From: Hydrurus foetidus
Lineage: Eukaryota
Direction: 5' to 3'
Assembly (NCBI GenBank): GCA_900617105.1
Contig: UYFQ01000772.1
Location: 1 to 58,222 of the forward strand
DNA: 58,222 nucleotides
The notes below the pieces were generated by a model, which made no database searches, was not told the origin of the DNA, and saw only the letters and a program-made list of their open reading frames with translations. Shown one piece after another: positions 39,701-53,411 of the stretch. Positions within the stretch are counted from its first letter, which is position 1, and every line of letters begins with the position of its first letter. A program made the translations under genes and the position numbers.

Positions 39701-41599
39701 GCTGTTATTTATCTCGTAGCTCAAATTATATAAGCACCACACTGCACAATAACGTCACACTAAATAACATCGTATTACACTACATAATATAATATAATAC
39801 TACTCATCATATCATACTACGTCACACTAATGTATATAGTATAATATTACGTACTACAATACACTCCCCCTCCCTCCCTCTCACACTCCCTCCCTCCCCC
39901 ACTCCCTCCCTCACACACTCACCTCTAGAGTCGGCTTGGACGTGCCTTGCTTTAGCTCCACCACTTCTTCCATCTCGGCCAGGATCTGCATGCTAACCAT
40001 GGCGCGGTACGCACGAGAATACGACTCCGACAAAAGAGATGAAATTGCATCTAATTGTAGGATGTAAAAGCAAAAGTTTAATTATTAAAGCATACAATCT
40101 TAGGTTATGACGGTTGTCGAAGCAAAATTAAAATTTCGAGTCACCATGGTATTAAAGTGATCGAAGTTTAAGAATAATAAAATGCATAGTGACGTTTACC
40201 GGTGAGAATCACGAAATTGTACCACCATTTGTGAATCAATTTAACGTAATACGGTATACCTCACTAGTACGGTATTCGACATCTCTACTCGGTACATATG
40301 TGAGAAGTAGAAATTCTTCGTGACTCTAAAAGACAGACATAGATGTACATCTCACCTGACAGTTGTTCCCTTGTCTCGTGGATCAGCGACATAGCAAGTC
40401 TGCAATATTACGGAAATGAAAATAAGAAAGACAGGAAGGAAGAGGAAAGAAACAAACGATATGTATGTGGAAAGATGAAGAAGAAGTAACAGAAATGAAT
40501 AGGGGAAGGCAAAGAAAAAACAGAATATAAATGTAATTATAAATAAATTCCGATACAGAAAATGAAATGAGATCTACTCTTTTTGACACACCCACCCACC
40601 AATGTTCTCAACTTACCCGTAATTTCCCTTATGCACGGCCAAGATAGCCCGGTAAAAGGAGGCGTTGTTGTTCAGCTCCACATCATGCACCTCTTCCAAG
40701 ATATCTCCCTTTAGGTACGTGGGGTTTGAAGAAGCAGCGAGTGAGTGAGTGAAAGGGAGGGAGTGAGCGAGTGAGTGAGTGAAAGGGAGTGAGTGAGCGA
40801 GTGAGTGAGTGAAAGGGAGGGAGTGAGCGAGTGAGTGAGTGAGTGAAAGGGAGAGAGTTAGTGAGGGAGTGAGTGAGTGAAAGGGAGTGAGTGAGTGAGT
40901 GAGTGAAAGGGAGGGAGTTAGTGGGTGTGAGTGCGAGAATGTGTGTGCGCAGAGAGAAGATAACAAAGAGAGAAAGAAGGAGAAAGATTCGAATTCCTTG
41001 CAAATAATTCCGAAATCATAGCGCACTCGTCACGAAATTGACAGGGGTATTCAAGATGTTTACCTCTAGGAATTCCTCTAGTGTCTGCCAGTTGCCCAAC
41101 ATCCAAGCTGCATTAGCGCCTATAGGGACGGGAATCGTGTATCAATAAAAGTGAGAACTGCCTGTTGGTCTACATCTATTTAACAGTTCTGAGTTCATGG
41201 GAATCATCGTGGTAAAGCGTGACTGTCATTTTAAATTGCTCTGATGGTAGCAAATGACTGGCCATGAGCGTTCTCGTTGACACATTTGTGATGTTTCGTA
41301 CACAACAAAATGCAAAAAGTTTCGACCGCCAATTCGTATACTATTCCTATTGCAGATTTCTTTTGTGTACCATTTAATGGAATTTCGTACCTAATTTTTG
41401 CACTTCCGCCATCCACGAGGAATATTCTTCGACTTGCTCTGCACTCTTTAGATGCGCCTTGAGAGCAAGGGCAGAATCTTCGAGCTCTACGTATTCCCCT
41501 AAGGCGAGGAGACAGTGGAGATTGCCTGGGAGGGGAGGGGGGGAGAGGGATAGGGGAGGGGGAAAGAGGGATAGGGGAGAGAGAGAGAGAGAGAGAGAG

Positions 41600-41636
<37 letters not shown>

Positions 41637-44600
41637 AAAGGTGCTTATGATTAGTTAGCTGCCAGTTAGAGACTGTGCAGTGAGACACAGTCGTGTAGCC
41701 GCCATTGGGAGTGAGTAGAACAATTTCTGTTACTGGTAATGAAGGAGTGATCAAGAAAAGTAATAAATAAAATGCGATGAGTATGTACACATGTATGTAC
41801 GTATGTTAGAAAGATTCGAGATGTCAGCTGAGATGTACCTATTTCCCCCGCCATCCAAGATGGGTGTTTAGGCGGCCTGTCATCCGGATACGACTCGATC
41901 CACTTTAAGTTCTGCTGTAAGTACGACTGTCTCGCACGTTCCCAGTGACACAGTTTCTGCAGCCACTGAGGCTCGATTGAGATGTGCGAGTAGTGCTGAT
42001 TGACATAGTGCAGCACTCCTGTTGCGCGCTCTGGCAGTCCCAACTCGTTGTTCACAGATATTAGCGCTTCAATACACTCCCCTGAGGGCAGGACATTTAA
42101 TGAATTAAATTCTTGTTCCCTGTACCGGAGACATTTGGCGAACATGTTACGGCTTTCGGCTCGTTTTGCCAGTAATTGTACGTCTAACGGTAAAGGTTTG
42201 TCCTGCATTTCCTGTAAAGTTTATTGAGTATTGATTAGAGACGTTCTGTCAGTATGGCTATCTATTGCATACCACACAATAAGTCAGTCAATGGTTAGGA
42301 AGTGAATAAAGTCACTATAGTCTTTTCACTGTCGTTTTGTCATCAACATTTCAATTAAAACATTTGTCAAAAAAATGCAAAACTTCGCAGATGGTGGAGA
42401 CGTGCGCAAAGTGGAAGTGAAAACCAAGAACAAAAGCGAAACGACTACAAAAGAAAAATAATAAATGTCGATTCAACTAACAAACTCACCATAAACTCTG
42501 CCAGATTTAGTAGAGCATTCATGATATATGGCGGTATCTGCGGCGAGTGTAGGGCGAGTTCCAGACCGTTTATAAGGGGTATTTCCTCCACTACATCGTG
42601 TGACTCGTTGCCGAACAGCTCGTCCCATATGGAGATGAAGGAGATGTTAAACAGCTGGCCAGCTAAGGGACGATATGCCTGAGTGGGGTGTGCGTCATGT
42701 GCGTGTGGGGAAAAGTGAGCGTGGGGTGGGTAAGTGCGTGTTTTGTAGTGTGTGAGTACTGGTGAGTGACTAAGTGAATGAGTTGGTGAGTGTTGAGAAG
42801 AATAGTGGGTGAGTGAGTGAGTGACTGTGTGTGTGGTCGAGTGAGTGCACGACAAGGTAGTGATGCTGTGCATGATTGAGGGGAGGACTTCGATAAGAAG
42901 AGATCGGTGAAAGGGAGGAAAGACACTATCCGGTTTATGCGAAGAGCCACAGTGCATCATGAGAAGAGGATATAACACCCTTCCAAAATACATCAGCATT
43001 CATGTAGATGAAGATGTTGGTATCCGATTTGGTGTCACCACTGTCAAATCTCTTTCACAGCTTGATAATGATTGTTGAGCGTTACCTTCGCCAGCGTGGC
43101 GCACGCTCTGATGATGGGAGAGGGGGACTGGCGGATGAGTTCGATGGACAGGCGCCTCATCCACTCCACTAGATCTACACATTGCAAAGGATTATCGGTA
43201 GGGAAAATTAATATGGAACGATAATCAGGAGCGTTGTAAGGGAACATTAGTGATGAGTGATAAGTGATAAGAGGGAACGTCACGATATGTTGTGCTTCAT
43301 TACATAGCTTCACAAATGCAGCTCATATATCTACATGACGTTCAAGTGATCCGTCATTACATCAAGCACATAGTCATCTATTGAGCTGGAAAAGTTATCA
43401 TGGGTTTAATATCCCCAGGCTCAGAAATAGAATTCAAATCTAAATTTGCTGCAATTTCATTATATTAGCTGTCAACCTGACGCGTTGTTCCTATCAGAGA
43501 GAGCCCACGCGGTCTCTAGGGATTGCACGGATATGGGCAGAGAACCCTCCATGGATTTCTTCGCGTCAGCTGCTCTAATGCGCATACGATTGTCGTATCT
43601 AGAGGATGGAGGGAGAGGGGTGGGGTAGAGGAAAGGTGAGGGAGGGAGGGAGGGAGAGTGGAGGAAAGGAGGGGGAGGGAGAGAGGGGAGGAAAGAGGGA
43701 GAGGGGGGAGAGGAGGAAAAGGGGAGAGTGAAGGAAAGGAAAGTGGAGGTAGTGGGGGAGTATGAAGATATTCAATCAAACTCAGTAATTTAAAATGTAC
43801 TATAGCAAGCTTTACTGAGTGTTTTTAGAAAATACAATTTTATTGATTAATAAAGACGCAAAATAAATTGCACAGTACAATATTAATAGTCACTGCAAAG
43901 TTATCCATCATAAAAGCAGTCAGTTGAAAAAGCCGAATATAGCCGTAAAATAGGAACATACCGTATAGCGATATCCGCTGCTGAAGCCGGCTCAGACGGT
44001 AAACTTTTCTGCCTCAATAATCGGGCTACCAACGTTTCGTACTCATCAATTTGTGGCGCCCGAAAAAGCCCGTCCCGCAGGGGTGTGGTCTTCATCTGTC
44101 TTCTGACCGGCACAACGTAAGGAGCGTAGTTGGCGCCAAGACGACATACTAGACAAGAGAATGCAGTGACTGCTGCAGTCTGTATGGATGACTCTCTTTT
44201 ACTGCTTAGTATTCGCATGAGGGGATGGGCTATGCGAGGTACGAATTGATGTAATTCCGTGTCGTTTGATAAATGCATTAAATAGCATAGTGTCAGTCTT
44301 CTAGTCTCAACGGCAATATCTCCGTCATCCAACACCTTCACAAATACAGACAAGAGTAATCTTCGAAATTCACCTAAACTGTGCCCAATATTAATTATCA
44401 TTTGGAATATTTTCAATGTTTTTGGAAGCGTTGCTAATATTTTTTCTGTTGTTCCTCTGAAATTATTGATTGCGCCAATTATTTTACTTTTTTCTCCTTT
44501 TCCACTATTGTTAGCTCCAGCTTGTGTGCTAGATATACCAATTGATTGACCGTTTATTGTATCTGATAGATTGTTTGTTCTTTCCGCTTGTAGACTGGTT

Positions 44601-47600
44601 GTGGCAGAGAGGTAGGGACTTTCTGATATTGGTTCATCTCTGATTATCTGTGATAACGTACAGTGTAAGTACATAAAAAAGTTAACATACTGATTATTTT
44701 GCGATTAAGAACAGTACGGGAAGTTATGTGGCGGTTTGTTACATTTGGTTTTACATAATAATATATAGTATTGTGCCGATCAAAACTAAACAGTGCTGTA
44801 AAAATTTATTTTGCGGCATATTCGTGTTTTTGACCGCAGAATCAAAATAACAGTTATTTTGACCTCTGTCAAAAACACGAAAAAACCTCCCCGCCAAATA
44901 AATTCTCCCGTTTAGTTGTGATCGACATAATACAAGTGGGTAAGAGAATTGATATTGATATTCGAGGAATTGCACAGAAATATACAGTGATGGTAACTTC
45001 GCAGAGTTGCTATTACGAAGGAGGATGGAATTTCATTTCATATACAATGATATAGGATTAAAAAGTACTTTTTGTGTGTTACAATCTTATTTTTGACGTT
45101 TTTTTTAATGTTGTTTCATCTAGCGTTGGTAATACAAGCAAAAGCAATAATTCGAATAAAGTAAATAGACAAAAAAAGGGATGAAAAAATGGGTAAATAA
45201 ATATAAAATTGAGAAAAATGAGAGGGAGTTTCACAGTAGCAGAAAAATGGATCATCTAATTAATTCCAGTCAAGATTTTCAATGAGTATTATTGTACGTC
45301 GTACGTACCTGTAGAAGAGAGGGTATGACATCGCGAAGTACGTGATTGAAATCTTGTACGTGCAGCACGATGCACATAGATTCAATAATATCCAGACATA
45401 GCTCCAGATGAGAATCAAGAAATCGACATACTAAAGATATCAACAAAGTTTGATGTTTCCTAATCACTCTCCCCATAACATGTATTAAAGTTATTAAATG
45501 ATCTAATAAAGCGTCCCGTAAATTATTACCGGGTTCCGTTAGATGTAATCGGCTAACTATACCGTCTAGTATAGCGTTAAGAGAAGACTGCGCTTGTGAC
45601 CCCAAAATTCGAAAAACTCTGACGGCTATAGCGGATGCAGCTTGATGATGTGAACTTAAATTTGAATCTTTTAAAATGTTCATTAACTCCCTTATTACGA
45701 CCGTGAAGTAATACTTCTCAATTTTTGTCATTACCTTCTCCCCTTCTACTACAGGACATGTCGTTGTTTCGTCCTCCACATCATCTTCCACTCGATCTGA
45801 CTGTGACGAAAATGCGTCAACTAATCCCCCTGATTTCCGTAAATGATCGTGATATACGGATTCTTCAACTGCCCCCAACAGACCGGTTGTTCTAATTGCT
45901 TGCAGTCGTAGCTCGATTGTCGCATCATCAGAATTCTGAATGGCCTGTGTAAATGCATGAGCGTGTGAGAAAGCGAATGGCAGTGAGTGAAGGGAAAGGA
46001 TGAGAGATACTTTGTGTACTACACTACTGCTCCATACCACAGTACACTCCTTTCTCCCACACAAAATCACACTCCCCACACCACATTCCACTCCACTCCC
46101 CTCCACCGCACCACAGTGCACTCCACCACACCACACTACAACGCGTCACACCACACTCCCCTCCACTACAACACGTTACTCTGTACCTTGACGAGTCCTT
46201 CAAAGAGTCCGGGGTACTTGGAGTAGGGCTCTTCCGTGACCATGGTCAGAGAGGAGACCAGCTTGCCCATGGCAACCACTGCCACTTCTTGCTTGCTCAC
46301 AGATGTGCCATCATTGAGGGCCTGTGGATGGGTGGGTAGAGGAATGTGACAGGGAGAAATGAGGGCAAGGGAATGAAGATGGGTTAAGGATACTTAAAGA
46401 AGATAGGTTAATGAGAAGGGAAGTAAAGTGAGATAGGGAAAAGGGAGGTGATGTAAAAGAAATAGGAGAGTCAAATGAGAGTCATTGACTAGAGCTGTGG
46501 TGGGTCCTGATCAAGTCAAAAAGTGGTGTTAATCGATTGAAGTTAACTTGAGTTCATTGTTAGCAATAACACAAGCTAACAAGAACGTGCAATGATTGAC
46601 CATGACAGCCCAACCCTGAGAAGATGCATCGTATTGAGTAGCAGATACTTTTCACTGGTGGGTTACAATTCTTACAGTGTTGATGATTTATATATAATAT
46701 CATTGGCCATCTTCAGATCTTAATAATGAATTGGCATCTAAAATTACTCACTTCGATCAGTTTTGGAAATAGAACATCTAAATGTTCACTAACGCTCTCT
46801 GGACAAGCCAGAGCTAGTTCACCTAAAAGTGTATAGATTCATATAAACATATTTAGAAAACGAAAGTGATTTAAAAAATGAAAAAGTAGAAAGTACCGAG
46901 TAAGATAATGATTTCACAACCGTACTCACAATTTCACTGATCTGTGTTTTTTTAAGTTTTTGATGAAGTGCTGATAATTGTATGATTAAATGCTATCTAC
47001 TTCACGATATACGTGGACCTGGAATAAATGAGGAGCCTTGAACTCAATTATTCAAAATAAAAAAAGAGCTGCTTACAGCGTAATAATAATAATATATTAT
47101 CAAATAATAAAATAACTTCAATGGAGATGACAGATTAATAAAATAAATCACATAACGTATTCCACGTCTTTTGATGCTATAAAAGTGAAACCCATAGATG
47201 TGTGAATACAAAATATGAAGTATAATTAGTATTTTATTAATTCACCTATTGTGCTCAGTGCTGCACCAACAACTGAAGACGATGGATCGTTCAATAGTTT
47301 CATCAAAGAACTTAGCACGTGTCCCACATAGGGAATTATTAGTGCATGAGAACCTTTGACTAAAGCCTGTTTCAATTGTATTCATATTTACAATTATGAT
47401 ACACTTCCATTGCATATAGGTGTAGATTTAAATCGTGATAATTTTGTATTATACATAGTGTAAAATAATCGCGCGTGATATGCTTGTCTTTTTATCAGCA
47501 CAATTCCTGTACATAAGTATAAAAATTATTCTTAAAAATTTCTCAAACATAGTGAAGTGACATGTATGACTTACGAAGAATAACACTGACTTAAATACCA

Positions 47601-50175
47601 AAATAACACCAGTCATGTGAGAAAATAAATGAAAAAAATAGCAGTGAGCAATGTTAATGTGTTACAAGTGAAGATTCAAACGTTTTTTGCTTGCATAAAA
47701 TTAATAGTTTATGTGACATATATGACTCAAAGTGATGTGAATGAACTGTAACAATTAATTTCAAAATAATAAATCATACATTAACAAAGGGTACTACATG
47801 ATAAATCTTTCGTTTCTGATCTGATCTGAAGTGTAAAGTGTAAAGTGCAGTTGACTGGTAAAGAAAAAATAGATACACGGTTCTCAAGAATTTTTCGTAT
47901 TTACCTGTAATAATTGCACGGATTCCATTCTTAGCAGAGTATCAGAAGTATTCTGCAGTAACCGCATTAACCGTTTCATCATCAACCGTACAACCGGCAT
48001 AATGTGTAATGTATCATAATGAGCTGCACGCGCCAGTACGGACATGGCTGACGCACGTACTTCTATGGCCTCATCGTTCAACCCTTCTATCAGACAGTGC
48101 ATATTAGACGACTGTACAACAACGTGATCTAATGAAGGAGTAAAGGCGGAGAATACTCGTATACGAATATCAACCGAATCATCCCCTACAGCCAGCATTA
48201 ACAGTCTATCCAATATTTCGAAGCAATACGCATACTCCTCTGCATCCTGATCGATTGCGAAAACCGTTGCATCCAACACACTCAGACAAGTGATAGCAGC
48301 TTCACATCGCAACTCCGCATTGAAGTCATCCAAATACCTCACGACTGCCATTCTTAACACCCTTAATAAATCCAAACTCTGATGATCGGCTGCCTCAGTA
48401 AAAGAGTCTCGCAACAATCCTCTGTCCTTCGCTTGCTTGGGAAAGAAATCATGGCATGATAAAACCTTTAGGGCTAGAATTAATTGTCCTTCCGTGGTAG
48501 CCTGACTTGTGGCGATGAACGGGCTGTGTACGTACGAGCTGTTACTGCCGAATAATGCACCGTTCCAACGGGACGTTTTCCCGGTTAAATGTTTACCGGG
48601 TGACCCTCCTATTAAACTGCTAATACTGACTTTTAATCCGGATTTTTGATGCGATCCTCCGTTGCTGGCTGAAGGGTAGTGATGTATACTACTCCCTGTA
48701 GTGCTTGTGGTGAGGTTTAATTGCTTTGAATTTGAAGTGGCTGCAATACGGGAATTGATGGGGGTCGGGGAGGTCCCGCCCGCCCCGGTCATGGGGCCCT
48801 CATCCACCAGAACATTGTGCATCATTAAAATAGAAGTGATGTGCAGTCGTAACGTACTCTGTAGATGACACCGTACGGACGGTACGTGCCTCATGAGTAC
48901 TTTTAGATTTTCCACAAGGTCCGGTGTCAGTCCCCCATTGAACATAGAATCAACCACGTCATTGTTCACGAATTTTCGACTCGGAACAGATACATTAACA
49001 ATCATTCCCAAGCTCTGCATAGCAGCCACACAGAATGGCTCCCTGAATCCGTCATTAATAACACCAATCACTTCCTTGATAATTGTTGATACGCGTAGTA
49101 CAGGAGAGGAGATGAATAATTTCCCGAGAGATATATAGGCAATTTGTCGATCTCTCTGTGCCCGTATAGTTTCCAATAAAAACCGTACAGTAAATCCTAA
49201 GAACGTACTCGACTGGGTGTACGCGTTCGTACGTGAAAATGTTGATGAGAATGCGCTTGCTAAATTCGGAATAATGTCGATTACTTTGTGTTTCACATCA
49301 ACATCACGAGAATCTTTTCTCTGTAACACTTTCCATATTATTTCTTGCGCCTCCAAATTCTGATCACGAATCATATTCTGCAATTCTGCATTTGTCAATA
49401 CAGCTCCACCAACAATCATATCAATTATAAGTAAACTCCCAATAACCTTTTCACTTGTGTTTTCTTTGAAACCAGTTTCTATTTGTTGCAGAGCGATCAC
49501 TAAATATTCAGTGAGAGATTCTCTCTGTGATACCAAGTGAAAAGCAACTTCTAAAACTTCAGCAGCTGCTCCACGCACAGTTGCATTCTTGTCACTAACA
49601 ACTTCCCAAATAGCAGAGAACAAAAGCTTTCTTCGTGCAAATAGAAGAGAAGGTGAATTGATCGCCAGCTGAGTAAGAATCAAAGCCCCTGCGAACCGCT
49701 GAGATTCTGAACGATTATTCCCAAGCAATTTAAAAGCGAAGGGAAGATAAAAATTCTGTAGGAACTCAATTTCCTGAGCTGAAGCAATACGTGCAAAATG
49801 GCCGATAGATAAAGCGGCTGCGCGAATAACGATGATATTATTCTCGAGAGGAGATTTATCATTCTCAAAGACTTTTCGTAAATGATTCACTATCTCTATT
49901 CTTCTCTCTGGCATTATCTCGTCGTTTACATCCAAGAGACAGTCCAGAACGGAGAGACCTGCTACCTTGAAACGTGTGTCACGAGTATCATGATTCAATA
50001 AATCAAGGCCGTTACCAGCTAGCCTTGTCATAAGGTTACTAAAAGCTGTCTGAGACGGCAGGTGCTGAGATTGATCCTCTATCATCAGTCGCAACCTTTT
50101 CGTGATCTCAACATTACCAGTGCTGTTTGCATCATCTTGGAGTAATCTGTAAATGAATGATTCATGAGCTGTCAA
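29331..50175 (-). CDS. TOR: Target of rapamycin (TOR) PIKK kinase, ~31 coding exons; 5' end uncertain
   Basis: HEAT exons, then [19 protein letters not shown] ([15 protein letters not shown]), FRB (ELWHDGLE...QAWEIY), kinase ([45 protein letters not shown]) and FATC ([14 protein letters not shown], stop at 29331). Exons were traced in frame. Confidence 0.95.
30679..30718. repeat. (CA)n microsatellite in a TOR intron
   Basis: About 20 CA units. Confidence 0.9.
34135..34281. repeat. (GGGTA)n microsatellite in a TOR intron, G-quadruplex-capable on the + strand
   Basis: About 145 bp of GGGTA units, ending ~70 nt from the 3' splice site at 34066. Confidence 0.92.
38130..38325. repeat. (GGAA)n-type low-complexity tract in a TOR intron
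   Basis: Purine-only repeats on + (pyrimidine on the sense strand) directly abutting the acceptor at 38125. Confidence 0.85.
39385..39564. mobile_element. Degenerate MITE-like element (~65-bp imperfect TIRs) in a TOR intron
   Basis: Left arm catcagatgtcaaggatcgtgtttacttgctgatccacttttaatctggacctaccccctatacac matches the reverse complement of the right arm, catcatatatcagggatcgtgtttaattgcagccccacgtttaatctggtccgacccctacacac. Confidence 0.7.
40735..40925. repeat. 30-bp minisatellite built on GAGT units, TOR intron
   Basis: gagtgagcgagtgagtgagtgaaagggagg repeats 3-4 times and then degenerates. Confidence 0.85.
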
Positions 50176-51412
50176 AATATAGCGGAGTTCGTTTATATGT
50201 CTATGTTAGTTAGACTCACTTGCTGACAAATGGCTCCAATAGAGTATGGAGAGTCAACGCATTCGACGACATCGATCACTTCCGAAATCGCCAAGCGAAT
50301 CGTTTCGGGGATTATCAGAGCTGCTACGAGAAGTAAAATCCTCGAAGAGAACTTTAAGTCCTACAAATCAAATCTCATTCTACACTCCTCTTAACACATG
50401 GTCCAACGAAGCAAATGAGGTTAGCGACAAGCACATCCAGGTTCCAAAGATGCCAAAGAACTACTGAAATATCGAGTCTACTGCGTAATATGATGATTAT
50501 TGATTATTGCATGAACATACCCAGTAAGTACGTTACAACTCGCTGAAGATTTCCGGACGATTCCAGATCTTCCGTTTCTTCAGGTCATCTTAGGCTACAA
50601 TTCACGGGAATGCTAAATTATGTTCCCATATGATTATTTGATGGTAAAATTCGAAACTTACCACAAACTACCCCAATTTGTGGGAAAGTTTCCCTTTTTC
50701 TACATATTTTATTGCAAAAATTTATATCGGAACTTTTTTAGCGTTCCTGTGAACTGTAGCCTCAGCTTTTCGGAACACTTCAATGTTTGCGTTAATCTGA
50801 AAAGTTTTCTACCAGTCTGCACTCAACGCTTATCAGATTTCTTTTTGATAGGCTGAATTACTACTACTAAGCATATGCAGACAGGACACAATCAGCGCGG
50901 AGCATCGCCATTTCTAGGAATGCTCCTTCGCTTTGTCCAGACGCACGTGCTCTTGGCACATTGGAAATCACTCAATGAAATTTGGGGCTAAACTAGACCT
51001 ATTCTACGCTTTCTGTCATCAGCATCCAAGGTTGGAATAGGAAATCCGATGATGATCTAATGATGTTTTCTGTACGATCGTTATGGCTCTTTTTGTTCTT
51101 GTACCGTCGAGCCGTATATCTTCAATATGAAATGATGTAACCGCTTCTTAAAATGAACTTCATCGCATTAGTCTTGAAGCTATTTGAGTATTAAGATTAC
51201 TACCCGGCAGAGATTCATGTTTAGTTATTTTCATCAAATCAGTGACAGTTCTGGTATTAATATATCATCAATAGCAGAATCTGTTAATGCGTTTATCACG
51301 GAAATGAACTAAACATCCATCTACTGCAGTTTAGTTAATCGCAAAATTTAAAACTTTACACCCCTCAAAACTTCAAAATTTTATGTAGTATAAGTGGATA
51401 CATATTTCAAAA

Positions 51413-52986
51413 TTAAAGAACTTTCATGTAATGACCAATTTTAGGTATAATAGGTACCATAAAAGGATGTTTGAGTCCCGCTTGATCAGCATTATCAAGA
51501 ACAAAATCATAATTATGCACCAGCCACGCTAATACCATTTTAGACTCTAACAGGGACAAATATTGTCCCAAGCACATTCGAGGCCCGTCAATGAAGGGCA
51601 TGAATGTAAAAGGCTGTACTTCAGATAAAAATCTTTCCGGTTTATATTTAGCCGGTTCCGGCCAAAATTGCGGATCATGGTGCACACCTTGTATATTAAT
51701 CATGATTGTAGCACCTTTTTCTATACGGTATTCACCGAATTCCATTTCCTCAGAAGCAACTCTCACAACAGAAGGAACAACAGAATATTTTCGAAGACTT
51801 TCTCTGAGACAACATTCTGTGTATTGTAATGTTCCTAACTCGTCTCGAGTCGGAACAGCACCAGAAACTCGTGTTCCGAATACAATCTCCGCTTCTGCTT
51901 TCACTTTTGACAAACATTCCGGATTCATCAGGAGTTCGTATAAAGACCAAGTGAGCATGCTGGCTGAGGTCTCGTGTCCTGCTAGTATGAAAGTCTTTAT
52001 CTCGTCTTGCACTTGACTCACTGCATCTGGTCCCCACTCCTCATGAGGTACAGCGCTTAGGATTTTGTCGAGAACATCCTGCTTCCTTTCAGTGGATTGT
52101 TTGACTTCTTTGATACGAAGGTTCCATCTCAGAGTAACCAAACTAGAGCAGTAATCGTTTAACTTCTTCACATCTGCTCGGAATCGGAACCATGACAGCG
52201 TAGGAATGTACATGCGCTGTGGGCTCCAAGTGCGCAGACAACCTTCCTCGACTGTCCGGAAAAGAGAGATAAGGAACTTCAAACAGAGAAATTCAAATCA
52301 AGTATAGCAACGTTCTGTGAACTAGAAGTTGATACAATTCACTAACCTATTGGAAGGTACATATTAGCGAAAGTTTCATCGCTTTCTCCAGGAGGTAAGG
52401 ACAGAATTGCTTCAGCAATCACTTGAAGAGTCAAATGCCTAAATTCCTCTGCCATTTCGATAATGGCCCCTCTTGATTTCAAATCATCAAGCTTGACCCT
52501 CAATCGTTCGACTGCTCTAAGGGTAATGCTGGGGATCTCGTCTAATATCTCAAGTCTTAAGTGAGACGATAGAAGATTGCGCTGTTTCCTCCAGCTGGAG
52601 CCCTCGGCAGTAACGAGCCCATTACCAAGAAGTGCCATAAATGGCTTATAAGTCCAGGCGACATCCTTCTTAAATGCGCTCAACTTTGTCTGAAGCACTA
52701 TCTTAAGAAGGGCAGGATCGCTGACGACGTAGGCGTCAGATCCGAACAAATGTAGTTTATAGAAAGTTCCATATTCGATGGCCCATCTTGCCATTTGATC
52801 CCATGGACTGCCCTTCAGCATCGTAAACACATGTCCGAAGAAAGGCAACCCTTTCTGGACTTGAGGAACTTGCTTTCCCTTGACTCGCGATTTTAGTCTA
52901 CTCAAAATGATCACTAGAGCACATCCGATGATAGCAGTTGCTATAATTGAAATCCTGTCTGCGGAAAAAATCGAGAAATCCCACAT
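51413..52986 (-). CDS. Cytochrome P450, probably CYP745-like (CYP97 clan), 2 exons
   Basis: N-terminal TM anchor; motifs AGHETS (I-helix), ESLR (ExxR), PERF and FIDGPRMCLG (heme Cys). GT-AG intron 52346-52252. The family assignment is from remembered motif similarity only. Confidence 0.9.
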
Positions 52987-53177
52987 TTCAAGGCCGAAAT
53001 TGTGACGAGGAAAAAGCGATTGAACCGCTAGTAGCGTTGCATCCTCAAGACAGTTTTAATTTCTATTACGAAAGCTATGGTGACTGCAGACAGCATGAAA
53101 TGTGCAGCTCGAACACCTCACTTACTTCAAAAATCGGGCAAATATATGGGCATACTAAAATCTGGAAATAAATACTC

Positions 53178-53358
53178 TTAGACCGTTTCTTACGCACCGA
53201 AAACTAAAACCAAAAACCCACGAGTTTTCATTTTCGGAAAGTTTCGGAATGAGAAAACTGAGAAAACTGTTTTCTCAGTTTTCTCATTCCGAAACTTTCC
53301 GAAAATGAAAACTCGTGGGTTTTTGGTTTTAGTTTTCGGTGCGTAAGAAACGGTCTAA
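53178..53358. mobile_element. Perfect fold-back element (90-bp arms, 1-nt loop), MITE-like
   Basis: 53178-53267 is the exact reverse complement of 53269-53358, centred on 53268. The core gaccg...cggtc is flanked by TA on both sides. Confidence 0.8.
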
Positions 53359-53411
53359 CATAGATTCTGTACCGAAATCTTGAAAAATTTACCAAAACAC
53401 AGCTGTACTAA

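Noticed and set aside
40613..41026. [10 protein letters not shown] repeat ORF
   Set aside because: Product of the 30-bp intronic minisatellite. Only the last ~31 codons are a TOR exon.
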